This document shows positions 39,068 to 48,598 of a DNA stretch of 64,000 bases, in pieces (the stretch's first letter is position 1; every line of letters starts with the position of its first letter). The stretch spans positions 116,477-180,476 of the forward strand of contig WGBD01000001.1 of the NCBI GenBank assembly GCA_015494465.1, written 5' to 3'. The position numbers and the translations under genes were made by a program. Origin of the DNA: Candidatus Omnitrophota bacterium. Lineage in GTDB: Bacteria > Omnitrophota > Gorgyraeia > S143-82. The notes below the pieces were generated by a model that saw only the letters and a program-made list of their open reading frames with translations, made no database searches and had not been told where the DNA came from.

Positions 39068-41137
39068 ATGCGGGCACTTTTGAACCTCTTATTCCACCTC
39101 TTTCCCAGGCTCTTGGCCTATGCCACCCTCCTGGTTGGGGTCTTCGGTATAATGATGGTGACTCAACTCCGGTCTAACGAAAACGATGTATGGCTACACC
39201 TAAAGACCGGCGAACTGATATGGCAGACGAAGCGCGTGCCTAAGAGCGAACCGTTTTCGGCAGTCCTGCAGGGGGAACCTTGGGTTGATCTCAGTTGGGG
39301 AACGCAGGTGTTGTTCTACGGACTTCACCGAATTCTCCCCTTGTGGGCTATCCGGGTTGTGCTCTTTTTACTGGTCTTCCTACTATACATCCACTTCTCA
39401 CTCAAAACGGGCCTTTCCCTAACCGAGGCCTCGTTAGCTACCCCGCTCATAGTCTGGATAATAGCTACCAACTCCACGATCCGCCCCCACTGGATAAGCG
39501 TAATACTATTCACTTGGCAACTTCTTATCATCCACAGGGCAGAGATATCCAAGGAATTGAAGTGGCGGAATGTCTGGGCACTAATTGTACTGCAGGTAAT
39601 CTGGGCAAACATCCATGCTTATCACATCGTAGGGCTGACGAACCTCCTTATTCTGTCTCTGGTCCATATAGCTCTACATTGGATTAGCAAAAATCCCGCT
39701 GACCTGCGCCTTAGTAAAAGATACGGATACGCCTTAGGCCTAGCCGTTATCTCGACTATCCTTAGTTCTCCTTATCACCTCCAAGCCATCCTTTATCCAA
39801 TCCAGGCAGTGAGGTACAACCTCCACTTGCTCAATCGCATAATAGAACTAGCCTCCATCTTCCCGACGAACCATCCGTCCACCTATCCCCTGACGGGGAC
39901 AACGATACTCGCCCTTCTGCTCATACTCACCATCCTCCCAGCAAACCGCGCCCCTGTAACGGAAAAGATCTTGGTCCTCTGGTACATCTACCTCGGTGCC
40001 ATGGCCATAAGGAATCAGATCTTCTTCCCTTCCCTAACTCTCGTATTCCTGCTTTACGGATACAAACAGACGATAGCCAATCCCAGATGGCGCAGTTGGC
40101 TATCTGCCCTATCCTTTCTCCTCTCTTACTACATAACATTCTGCGGCATCCTCCCTACTTACAGGCCCACATTCATGTACACCGAGAAACGCTATGGATT
40201 CTGGGGACAGGACCACGACTTTTACTGCCAAGGGGCCATCGACTTCCTAAAGGAGATCAGGGCTACCGGGACCCTCTTATGCAGTTTCGACATCGGCAGT
40301 AAGGCGATCTATGAGCTCTATCCAAACATGCAGGTATGCTTGGACGGCAGGAGCGAGCTCTATCCACAGGAGTACCTAAAGGCACTGGAGGCCGTATTCT
40401 ACCAGGGCAACTTCGTGCTCCTGACTCGCATCGCCAGCAATCACAACATTCGATTCATACTATGGAACCTCCTGAATCCCAAAGGACCGGATACCGCATT
40501 CCTGTTATACTTGCTCAAGAGTAGACAGTGGATCCCCATATACGCAGACGAGACTTCCCTGATATGTGCCAGAAATGTACCTGCTAATCAGAGGATCATA
40601 CGCGACTATGGACTAGAAAGACCCATACTAAAGGTCCTAAGGCGCGTAGAGAAAGATTACAAGCTCTTTCCTATAGAGATCCCTGCAAGGGCCTACCTCA
40701 AGTGGACCAGACTCATCATTTCTCCTGATACCCCTGGAATACAGGAAGCCATAGCTCTCTTAAAGCGCCTCCGATTTATTACCCGCTCTCCCGAGGTGGA
40801 TTATGAAGTAGGGAGGCTCTTGCTCCTACAGGGAGACGCTTTCAACGCAAGCCTACACCTAAATGAGGCCTATATCTCCAACTGCCCTCGGGCGCGGTGT
40901 CCTGAACTGCCCCTACTCTTGGCCACATCCGCCCTGAGCACAAAAGAAATAGGACTTTCTCAAAGCTGGCTTCAGAGCTTATCACTGAAGACAATCGCCA
41001 AAATTCGGACTATACTGAAAGGAGAGCCAAGGCAATTCCGCCAGGCCTTCAAGAAAGGCAGGCTCTTAGAGAGGATAAAGGCGAGCTTTTACCTAGATCT
41101 ACACAGGGCGATTGCAGGGAATGGGAAGCCAAAATGA
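39068..41137 (+). CDS. polytopic membrane protein, putative GT-C-type glycosyltransferase with C-terminal TPR-like region
   Basis: DVWLHLKTG, IRP, WANIH, DGRSELY in a multi-TM protein; TGCTATAAT at 39030-39038 upstream. Confidence 0.6.
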   Translation: MRALLNLLFHLFPRLLAYATLLVGVFGIMMVTQLRSNENDVWLHLKTGELIWQTKRVPKSEPFSAVLQGEPWVDLSWGTQVLFYGLHRILPLWAIRVVLFLLVFLLYIHFSLKTGLSLTEASLATPLIVWIIATNSTIRPHWISVILFTWQLLIIHRAEISKELKWRNVWALIVLQVIWANIHAYHIVGLTNLLILSLVHIALHWISKNPADLRLSKRYGYALGLAVISTILSSPYHLQAILYPIQAVRYNLHLLNRIIELASIFPTNHPSTYPLTGTTILALLLILTILPANRAPVTEKILVLWYIYLGAMAIRNQIFFPSLTLVFLLYGYKQTIANPRWRSWLSALSFLLSYYITFCGILPTYRPTFMYTEKRYGFWGQDHDFYCQGAIDFLKEIRATGTLLCSFDIGSKAIYELYPNMQVCLDGRSELYPQEYLKALEAVFYQGNFVLLTRIASNHNIRFILWNLLNPKGPDTAFLLYLLKSRQWIPIYADETSLICARNVPANQRIIRDYGLERPILKVLRRVEKDYKLFPIEIPARAYLKWTRLIISPDTPGIQEAIALLKRLRFITRSPEVDYEVGRLLLLQGDAFNASLHLNEAYISNCPRARCPELPLLLATSALSTKEIGLSQSWLQSLSLKTIAKIRTILKGEPRQFRQAFKKGRLLERIKASFYLDLHRAIAGNGKPK

Positions 41138-41870
41138 ATTCCTAGGATTAGGGACTCTGAGGTACTCATCTAACGACTCGCTGTCTAGGGGGTGGAGGGC
41201 GATAAAGAGCTTGACCCCGGATCAGTGGATCGAAGAGCTCCCACGAGTATTTTCCCTATCACTATCGTTATCGCAAACCTATCTCGTATTAGTAAACGAA
41301 GAGGTACTAGGGGCTATTACTCCAACCCAACTTATCGAATTAAAAGGGAATCTTCCTTTGACCAGGGGCTACCTAATACTGCCTTCTCCGGCTAGGGAAA
41401 TCCGCGTATATACCACCCAAGAAAAGGCCACCATATACCGGCTCGCCAATCCCTACACCTACATAAAAGAGGTATCACCAAAATTCCGGGAAGGAGAAAT
41501 TGAGATGCCATTGGCGTCTATCGCCCTAACCCAGGGCGATAGATATACAGCTATATCCGTTGAGCGGTTTTTGACCTACAAACATACCTCGGCCTACGAG
41601 GTCTTTGCTAAGCACCTCGTCTACCCCTATCCTAAAACCTTCATTAAAGAACTGACAAGAACCCTGCAATTTATACCTCGGCACACCAATCTATGGGTAA
41701 TAATAACCGAGGGGTTGTTCGAAATCATGACCGATGAGGAGATGGAATCGATCTACTCGTTGTTGTCAGGAGCAAACTGCCCACACCAGATAATAACGAT
41801 GCCTTATCTGATAGACCTGGAATTTTTCCCAGAAATCAATTTATACACTATCCTATTAATAGGGACATGA
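41121..41870 (+). CDS. hypothetical protein
   Basis: Long ORF overlapping both neighbours (ATGA with the kinase gene); no recognisable motif. Confidence 0.6.
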   Translation: MGSQNEFLGLGTLRYSSNDSLSRGWRAIKSLTPDQWIEELPRVFSLSLSLSQTYLVLVNEEVLGAITPTQLIELKGNLPLTRGYLILPSPAREIRVYTTQEKATIYRLANPYTYIKEVSPKFREGEIEMPLASIALTQGDRYTAISVERFLTYKHTSAYEVFAKHLVYPYPKTFIKELTRTLQFIPRHTNLWVIITEGLFEIMTDEEMESIYSLLSGANCPHQIITMPYLIDLEFFPEINLYTILLIGT

Positions 41871-43324
41871 ACTGGGACATCTTTATAGTCATATTATTGG
41901 GCCTATGCGTAGTAACCGCCCTTTTTCTCCTCTATAGGCTATTAACTAAAGGGGCTGATCTCTACAACCTCCCTCCCAAGGCCGAGGAACTTATAAAGGA
42001 AAACGCCTATCTTAGGCTGAAGATAGCACATCTGCGCAAAGAGAAGGAGATGCTGGAGGACATCAACCGGGCCTTAACAAACCTAGCCCCCGTCTTCTCT
42101 TGGGATCAGTTGAAGCTCAACCTCAAAAAGGCAAACCTCCCTTCTCTAGGTATTACCAAATCCGCCCTCTATACGCGCACCTCCGATATCCTGGAGATCG
42201 TATACGAGGAGAATCTGGATGCTGAAGCACTGGATTCCTTAAAGACCGGGATAGACCTCACCGCCAAGGTCATGGAAGTCAACCCCAAAAGGCCCATCGT
42301 CGATAGCAACACCCTCTTTCTCAAAGACCCACAGCTCACATCACGCATAAAGAACACGCTATCCGCCACCTTCTTCTGCTTTTACTACATCTACCACGAA
42401 GAGATCCCATCTGCCGTGCTGGTCTGTGCCACAGACCAGGCATGCGACCCGGGCAGATTTACCGCGTTGGTCCAATTCATAGGGCAGCACCTAGTGCACA
42501 TCACGAACATCATCAATATATACCAGGACCTAATCAAAAAACAACAAGACCTAGAGATGACCATAAAGAACCGCACCCAGGAACTCCAAGAGGCTATAGA
42601 CAAGATCTCTCAGATAAATCGATCTAAATCCGAATTCGTCTCTACGGTAGCCCACGAATTGAGGACTTCCCTAACCGCTATATTGGGTTTCGCAACCCTA
42701 ATATACGACGGCAAATTGGGCGAGATCCCCCCAAATGTGAAGGATAGGATCAATCGCATACGCAACCAGGTAAAACGGCTCGTCGAGATGGTCAACACAC
42801 TTCTGGACATCAACCGTATCGAATCGGGCAAGGTAGAGATGCACCCCGAGCCTCTGGATGCCAAGACCCTCCTAACCACCACCGCTGATGTATTTGCCCA
42901 ACAGCTAAACGAGAAAGGGATAGAGCTTGGGATAGAGTGTCCTGAAGGGATCGTGATAGAAGCTGACAGGATATACATGGAACGGGTGATACACAATCTA
43001 GTGAGCAATGCGATCAAGTTCACCCCATCTGGAGGAAGAATCGAGCTTATCTGCAAAGAACTAGGAGACGATAGGATAGAGCTAATAGTGAAAGACACTG
43101 GGGTGGGGATCTCTGAGAGAGATCTTCCCAATATCTTCAAAGAATTTTATTCGGTAGATAGGCCCGATGTCACCAAGATAAGAGGCATAGGTCTCGGGTT
43201 GTCTTTGGTAAAGAGGGTAATCGATGCCCACGACGGAGAGATCTATGTGAAATCGAAACTTAACGAAGGAACCACATTTATAATACACTTAAAGGGTAAA
43301 AAGCAGGAGGCAAGAGATGTATAG
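41867..43324 (+). CDS. membrane-anchored sensor histidine kinase
   Basis: H-box AHELRTSL, N-box NLVSNAIKFT, DTGVGI, GIGLGL. Confidence 0.92.
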   Translation: MNWDIFIVILLGLCVVTALFLLYRLLTKGADLYNLPPKAEELIKENAYLRLKIAHLRKEKEMLEDINRALTNLAPVFSWDQLKLNLKKANLPSLGITKSALYTRTSDILEIVYEENLDAEALDSLKTGIDLTAKVMEVNPKRPIVDSNTLFLKDPQLTSRIKNTLSATFFCFYYIYHEEIPSAVLVCATDQACDPGRFTALVQFIGQHLVHITNIINIYQDLIKKQQDLEMTIKNRTQELQEAIDKISQINRSKSEFVSTVAHELRTSLTAILGFATLIYDGKLGEIPPNVKDRINRIRNQVKRLVEMVNTLLDINRIESGKVEMHPEPLDAKTLLTTTADVFAQQLNEKGIELGIECPEGIVIEADRIYMERVIHNLVSNAIKFTPSGGRIELICKELGDDRIELIVKDTGVGISERDLPNIFKEFYSVDRPDVTKIRGIGLGLSLVKRVIDAHDGEIYVKSKLNEGTTFIIHLKGKKQEARDV

Positions 43325-44240
43325 GATCCTCTCTTGTGACGACGATCCCGACATCTTGGACGTAATAGAGATAACCTTTGCCAGCGAAGGCTTTGATGTT
43401 ATCACTGCCTCTGATGGCAAGTCGGGATGGGATATCATCCAAAAGGAACACATAGATGTGGTCATCTTAGACTACATGATGCCAGGACTAAACGGCATCG
43501 AGCTGTGCAAACGCATCAAAAGCGACCCCTTGCTGTCTCAGATCCCGGTGCTATTGGTCACAGGGAAAGGCGAAACCGAGGACAGGTTACTGGGATTGGA
43601 ATCCGGAGCGGACGACTACATAGTCAAGCCTTTCGAACCTCAAGAACTAGTAGCCAGGGTGAGAAACCTACTGAATCGAACCCGCCTTATATTGGACACC
43701 AACCCATTGACCAGACTCCCAGGGAACAACGCTATCACCCAGGAAATAAACAAAAAACTACATAGCCAAGAGCCATTCGCGGTAGCCTACATAGATCTAA
43801 ACCAATTTAAAGCATATAACGACAAGTACGGATTTACTGCTGGCGACGAGATAATACAGTTCACTGCCAAGATCCTCCTCACGACGAGCCGAGAGATAGA
43901 TCCCAATGCCTTCGTAGGGCACATCGGGGGAGACGACTTCGTTATCATATCTTCTCCCGAGAAGATAGAACAGATAGCCCAAAAGGTAATCGAAAGGTTC
44001 GACTCAGAGATAAAAAACTTCTACGATCCCGAGGCAAGAGAAAAAGGATACATCGAGACCTTGGGAAGGGATAGAGTACTAAGGCGCTTCCCCATAATGT
44101 CCGTTTCCATATCCATAGCAGACAGCCAACGCAGGAAGTTTACCCATGTAGGAGAGATCGCCCAGGTGGCGGCAGAACTCAAGAAAAAGGTAAAGACCTT
44201 CGGCAAGAGCGCTTATATGATCGACAGGCGCAGTGGATAA
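43317..44240 (+). CDS. response regulator with GGDEF (GGDDF) output domain
   Basis: REC (CDDD, LDYMMP, KPF) then NPLTRLPGN, DLNQFK, GHIGGDDF. Confidence 0.92.
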   Translation: MYRILSCDDDPDILDVIEITFASEGFDVITASDGKSGWDIIQKEHIDVVILDYMMPGLNGIELCKRIKSDPLLSQIPVLLVTGKGETEDRLLGLESGADDYIVKPFEPQELVARVRNLLNRTRLILDTNPLTRLPGNNAITQEINKKLHSQEPFAVAYIDLNQFKAYNDKYGFTAGDEIIQFTAKILLTTSREIDPNAFVGHIGGDDFVIISSPEKIEQIAQKVIERFDSEIKNFYDPEAREKGYIETLGRDRVLRRFPIMSVSISIADSQRRKFTHVGEIAQVAAELKKKVKTFGKSAYMIDRRSG

Positions 44241-44244
44241 TCAC

Positions 44245-44326
44245 TGCCGGGAGTGGGATTTGAACCCACACGGGTTGCCCCACACGCCCCTCAAACGTGC
44301 GCGTCTGCCAATTCCGCCATCCCGGC
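44245..44326 (-). tRNA. tRNA-Leu(GAG)
   Basis: GCCGGGATGGCGGAATTGGCAGACGC-GCACGT-TTGAGGG-GCGTG...GGTTCAAATCC; CCA not encoded. Confidence 0.95.
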
Positions 44327-44336
44327 TTGGTAAAAA

Positions 44337-44410
44337 TGGGCGGTAGAGGACTCGAACCTCTGACCTTCTGTACGTCAAACAGACGCTCTAACCAACTGAG
44401 CTAACCGCCC
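44337..44410 (-). tRNA. tRNA-Val(GAC)
   Basis: GGGCGGTTAGCTCAGTTGGTTAGAGCG-TCTGT-TTGACGT-ACAGA...GGTTCGAGTCC; CCA not encoded. Confidence 0.95.
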
Positions 44411-44420
44411 AACTCTATAA

Positions 44421-44450
44421 GTTATACTAGAACCCAGGCTCTAAAGTCAA
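44421..44450 (-). promoter_or_regulatory. putative sigma70 promoter of the tRNA-Val/tRNA-Leu pair
   Basis: TTGACT-18 nt-TATAAC, 10 nt before tRNA-Val. Confidence 0.6.
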
Positions 44451-44460
44451 GGCGTAAAAA

Positions 44461-45906
44461 TCACCCTTTGATCACACCCAAAGGTCGCATCCTGGCTACC
44501 TTTTTAGAGAGCCCCGCGACCTCAGCCACTTCTACCACCATGGACACATCCTTGTACGCCTCCGGAGCCTCCTCTACCAGGGTGCGCTTGCTGTGAGAGT
44601 ACACCTTAATCCCCCTATCCTCCAACTCCTTCAACAACCTGCTATAAGAGATCTCCTTAGTGGCCTGGTTCCGCGACTTGCACCTCCCCGCCCCGTGGCA
44701 GGTGGATCCCAACGACCTATCTAGGCTCTCTTTCCTGCCTACCAACAGATAGGAACTCCGCCCCATATCCCCTGGTATGAGCACTGGCTGGCCCACTTCA
44801 CGATAGCGCTCTGGGACTTCTTGTCTTTCAGGTCCAAAGGAACGAGTGGCTCCTTTTCGGTGGACGCAAAGCGTACGCCACTTACCGTCTACATGATGGC
44901 GCTCCAACTTGGCGATGTTGTGGGCGACATCGTATATCAGATCCAATCCCAACGAGCGCCAGGCCCCACCAAAAACCACCTCGAAGGCCTCCCTCACCAT
45001 GTGGGTGATCATCTGTCGGTTCGCCCAGGCGTAATTGGCTGCGCAACACATTGCCCTCCAATATCTTTGCCCTTCCTCTGAATAGAACGGTGCGCAGACC
45101 AGCTGTCTATCGGGAACACTTATCCCGTACTTGCTCATCGCAGAAAGCATTATCTTCACGAAGTCCGAACATATCTGGTGCCCCAATCCCCGTGATCCGC
45201 AATGGATCATAACGGTTATCTGCCCCTTAAATACCCCAAAGGCCTGGGCTACCGCCTCGTCGTACACCTCCTCTACCACCTGGATCTCAAGGAAGTGGTT
45301 CCCTGATCCCAGACTGCCCAACTGAGGGACCCCTCGTTCGTATGCCCTTCGCGAGACCTCTTCGGGGTCTGCATCCGGCATACATCCCCCTTCTTCACAG
45401 TGCACGAGGTCCGCCTCTTCCCCCATACCATGGGTAACCAGCCACCGACTCCCCTGGGAAAGGACCCGTTTCAGCTCCTTCTTGGATAGTGATAACCCGC
45501 CATCTCTGCCTAATCCTGCGGGGATCCTTGCGTACAATCTCGAAAGTAGCTGATCTAGTCGGGGCAGAACCTCATCCAGCTCCAGGTTCGAGCGTATCAA
45601 CCTGACACCGCAGTTTATGTCAAAGCCCACCCCTCCAGGGGAGATCACTCCCCTTTTGTCCACATCCATTCCCGCAACTCCCCCTATAGGGAACCCGTAA
45701 CCCCAATGGATGTCCGGCATGCCAAAAGAGTAGGCCACGATCCCCGGCAGGTGGGCCACATTAGCCACTTGGGTGATGGCCTCTGGCTCTACGAAATTCT
45801 CCAAGAGCTCTTCATCGGCGAATATCATGCCGTCCACCAGCATTCCGCCAGTACGGGGGATCTTCACCCGCACATCGTCTATTCTAATCAGAGCTAGATC
45901 CGCCAT
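44461..45906 (-). CDS. rtcB: RNA-splicing/repair ligase RtcB (archaeal-like long form)
   Basis: MPDIHWGYGFPIGGV, GVGFDINCG, GSGNHFLE, HN, HRKGAT, CHGAGR, EEAPEAYK. Confidence 0.95.
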   Translation of the reverse strand: MADLALIRIDDVRVKIPRTGGMLVDGMIFADEELLENFVEPEAITQVANVAHLPGIVAYSFGMPDIHWGYGFPIGGVAGMDVDKRGVISPGGVGFDINCGVRLIRSNLELDEVLPRLDQLLSRLYARIPAGLGRDGGLSLSKKELKRVLSQGSRWLVTHGMGEEADLVHCEEGGCMPDADPEEVSRRAYERGVPQLGSLGSGNHFLEIQVVEEVYDEAVAQAFGVFKGQITVMIHCGSRGLGHQICSDFVKIMLSAMSKYGISVPDRQLVCAPFYSEEGQRYWRAMCCAANYAWANRQMITHMVREAFEVVFGGAWRSLGLDLIYDVAHNIAKLERHHVDGKWRTLCVHRKGATRSFGPERQEVPERYREVGQPVLIPGDMGRSSYLLVGRKESLDRSLGSTCHGAGRCKSRNQATKEISYSRLLKELEDRGIKVYSHSKRTLVEEAPEAYKDVSMVVEVAEVAGLSKKVARMRPLGVIKG

Positions 45907-47878
45907 CTTCCCCTCCGACATTCCTGATCACCACGAAGGTGATGTCGTCGCTCTGGGGCTGATCCCCATAGAAGGACTGCATCAGCTTGTCTATAGAACA
46001 AACAGGTGCGTTTATGTTGGAAATCACCCACTCCTTGACCCTTTCTTCCGAGATAAACCTCTCCCCCACCCTTGCCTCTAACACCCCATCGCTGAAGAGG
46101 ATAATACTATCGCCTCTACTCCAGGCCACATCCAAGGCCTGGTACTCGGTCCACCTATCGACCCCCAACGGAGCCCCCTTTCCTGCAATGATCTCCTCTA
46201 GAGTCCCAGCTTCTGCCCGCCACATCCAGGCCGAGAGGTGTCCAGCATCGCTAATGACCACTTTATCCCTGGAGGCCTCTATCATGCAAGCGGTCGCGTA
46301 CACGCCAGATATCTTATACCTTGCCAAGAACCTATTGACCTCCTCCATCAGCTCGTTCACCGGGCGTTCGTTAAACCTGGGCCTGAGGACGCGTTCAGAG
46401 GTGATCACCTGGGCCACATATAGCGCGGCGCTCACGCCCTTACCCGAGACATCCCCCATAAGCACGCGCAATCTATCCTTTACCAACCAAACATCGTAAA
46501 AGTCACCCGCGACGAAGATCGCGGGAGAGAAAAAGACCTCCGTCTTTACCGTCTCACTCTGAGGGATGTCAGTAGGCAACATCTGCCGTTGGATCTCCGA
46601 AGCCACCCGCATCTCCTGCTCCACGCGCTCCCTTTCTCTCACCGTATCTATGTAGCCGTAAGCACTGCTGGCCAATACCATACAGAACCCCCCTAACAAC
46701 GGGCCTAAGTAATCAAACCACATCCCCGACCAGACGAACAATCCCAAGGCCGCTCCAACCCAAATTAGCGCAAGGATAAGGTAATTCCTCCAGAAGATCC
46801 CTAAATGCCTTACCCGCATTATGGAGACCAGACCGAACAACAGGAATACCAACGCCGGAAGCACGACCGGCATCCGTCTAATAAACCTATCCTTAAGGAC
46901 CGAGGCAAACACTACCCCGTAGGTCTCGATCATCGGCGTAGTGCGCTCTATTGGAGTGGGAGATAGGTCCTGAGTACCGGTAGCGGTCAAGCCCACTATG
47001 CAGGAAGAGCCCTTTATGAGCTCCACCATCCTCTTCTCTTCCTCGCTGAGCGGTATACCCCTCTGCTGTTTCCCGTAAGCGATCAACACACTCGCAAACG
47101 ATACCTTGTTAAAGACCTTCTCCCACGGACCAGGGTAATCCAGATAAAACCTATCGTCGCGATACAAAGGTATGTCCCTTGCAATGGTCCCTTGCTTGGG
47201 CCTTATGCGGACAAACCGAATCCGGTTAGGGAAGTTGATCACCTCGCTGGGGCGCACATCCAAGAAGTACAGGACATTTACCAGACTCAGGTGATAAAGA
47301 TACTCCTTTTTGAACACACCCACCTTAAGGTGCCTCAGCTTCAGGTATCGCCTCTTTCCATCTATGTCCACGGTGGTGGTTATGTACCCCGTGTGAAGCA
47401 ATCGATCTCTCGGGAGGACATTCTTAAAAAGGGTATATATGTCCACGACCCTGCTATAGCCCCGGGGGTCCACGGTCAAGGAATAGGGCAACAAGACATC
47501 CTTAAAGGCAGAGATGGCCCTAGCAAATTGATAATCCTGGTTGGAATTGGGATCTGGATCCCGATCGCTCGGCTCCGAAAAGAGCATATCGAAGGCCACC
47601 TGCTTGGCTCCCCAGCTCTTCAAGGCGGTTAGTAAAAAGGCATAGTACTTTCTCGGCAGAGGAAACGATCGGAACCCTTTAGTAGCCAGCGTCTTATCAT
47701 CGATAACTATCAGAACCAACGGGAGCTCGTGCGTATCTATCGGATTAAGGTGCGTCCGCAAATTAAGTGCTAGGTCGTAACCGACCAATTCCAAGCGTTC
47801 CAGTGCACGAAAGGATATAAGGCTGACGAACAAGAGAAGGATCGAGATCAATACGAGATAGCGGGATAGGGACTTCAT
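45884..47878 (-). CDS. CHASE2-domain membrane PP2C (SpoIIE/RsbU-type) phosphatase
   Basis: IVIDDKTL..FPLPR..GAKQVAFDMLFSEP..DIDGKRR (CHASE2), 3 TM, EIQRQMLP, AGDFYD, GDVSGKG, FSDGV, SDDIT. Confidence 0.9.
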   Translation of the reverse strand: MKSLSRYLVLISILLLFVSLISFRALERLELVGYDLALNLRTHLNPIDTHELPLVLIVIDDKTLATKGFRSFPLPRKYYAFLLTALKSWGAKQVAFDMLFSEPSDRDPDPNSNQDYQFARAISAFKDVLLPYSLTVDPRGYSRVVDIYTLFKNVLPRDRLLHTGYITTTVDIDGKRRYLKLRHLKVGVFKKEYLYHLSLVNVLYFLDVRPSEVINFPNRIRFVRIRPKQGTIARDIPLYRDDRFYLDYPGPWEKVFNKVSFASVLIAYGKQQRGIPLSEEEKRMVELIKGSSCIVGLTATGTQDLSPTPIERTTPMIETYGVVFASVLKDRFIRRMPVVLPALVFLLFGLVSIMRVRHLGIFWRNYLILALIWVGAALGLFVWSGMWFDYLGPLLGGFCMVLASSAYGYIDTVRERERVEQEMRVASEIQRQMLPTDIPQSETVKTEVFFSPAIFVAGDFYDVWLVKDRLRVLMGDVSGKGVSAALYVAQVITSERVLRPRFNERPVNELMEEVNRFLARYKISGVYATACMIEASRDKVVISDAGHLSAWMWRAEAGTLEEIIAGKGAPLGVDRWTEYQALDVAWSRGDSIILFSDGVLEARVGERFISEERVKEWVISNINAPVCSIDKLMQSFYGDQPQSDDITFVVIRNVGGEDGGSSSD

Positions 47879-48597
47879 CTAAATCGCTTTTTCATCGTTA
47901 CCTGGGATCCACCACGGGAAAAAGAGACCTCGTCCATAATGGACTTCACTAACCTTAGTCCTTTGCCCTCCGTCGTCTCAAAATCGAAGCCTTCACCTTC
48001 GTCTCTTACCTTTATCTCTATCTGCCCTGGATCGGCGATGTATTCTATCAACACGAACTTGTCCGACGAGAACTGATTTCCATGGCGTATCGCATTGACG
48101 ACCACCTCCTCCACCGCCAACCGCAGGTCCATCAGGATAGACTCCGACAGGTGGAATCTCTGGAGCACGGATATGATCCGTCGACTCACATCTTGCACAT
48201 ATTCCAAGTCACTGGGTATCTCTATCTTTCCTTCCTGGACGACTGCCTCATCCTGAGAGGAGGTCAAAAGATCGTCCAGGGCCTCGTATATCTCAAAGGC
48301 CTTGTCGAGGTGAGTCAAGGACAGCAACCTCTTAGCGTAATCGGAAAGCCCCACCAATATTAGCTTACCACCCCGCTTGGCCATCCTATCCTTCAGTTCT
48401 AACAACAATCCCAGACCAGAGCTGTCGAGGTAGCCTACTTTCGACAACTCTAGGACCAGGCAACTCACATCCCTTTCCCTGTCCAGGGCCTCCAGAATCG
48501 AGGATAACACCACGACCTTCTCTTTGGCTACTAACTCACCCTCCAAGTAGAATATCAACTTATCCTCTACCCTCTCTTCCCGAAACTTTATAGCCAT
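47875..48597 (-). CDS. STAS (anti-anti-sigma) domain fused to an RsbW-like HATPase kinase
   Basis: YLDSSGLG phospho-Ser motif; EVVVNAIRHG, DEGEGFD, GKGL. Confidence 0.87.
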   Translation of the reverse strand: MAIKFREERVEDKLIFYLEGELVAKEKVVVLSSILEALDRERDVSCLVLELSKVGYLDSSGLGLLLELKDRMAKRGGKLILVGLSDYAKRLLSLTHLDKAFEIYEALDDLLTSSQDEAVVQEGKIEIPSDLEYVQDVSRRIISVLQRFHLSESILMDLRLAVEEVVVNAIRHGNQFSSDKFVLIEYIADPGQIEIKVRDEGEGFDFETTEGKGLRLVKSIMDEVSFSRGGSQVTMKKRFR

Positions 48598-48598
48598 G

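Noticed and set aside
39000-44326. Genomic island integrated at the tRNA-Leu 3' end
   Set aside because: No integrase and no duplicated tRNA 3' end seen; the compositional difference is explained by strand orientation
44245-44410. Intron-containing or split tRNAs as RtcB substrates
   Set aside because: Both tRNAs are continuous and of normal length; lack of encoded CCA is common in bacteria
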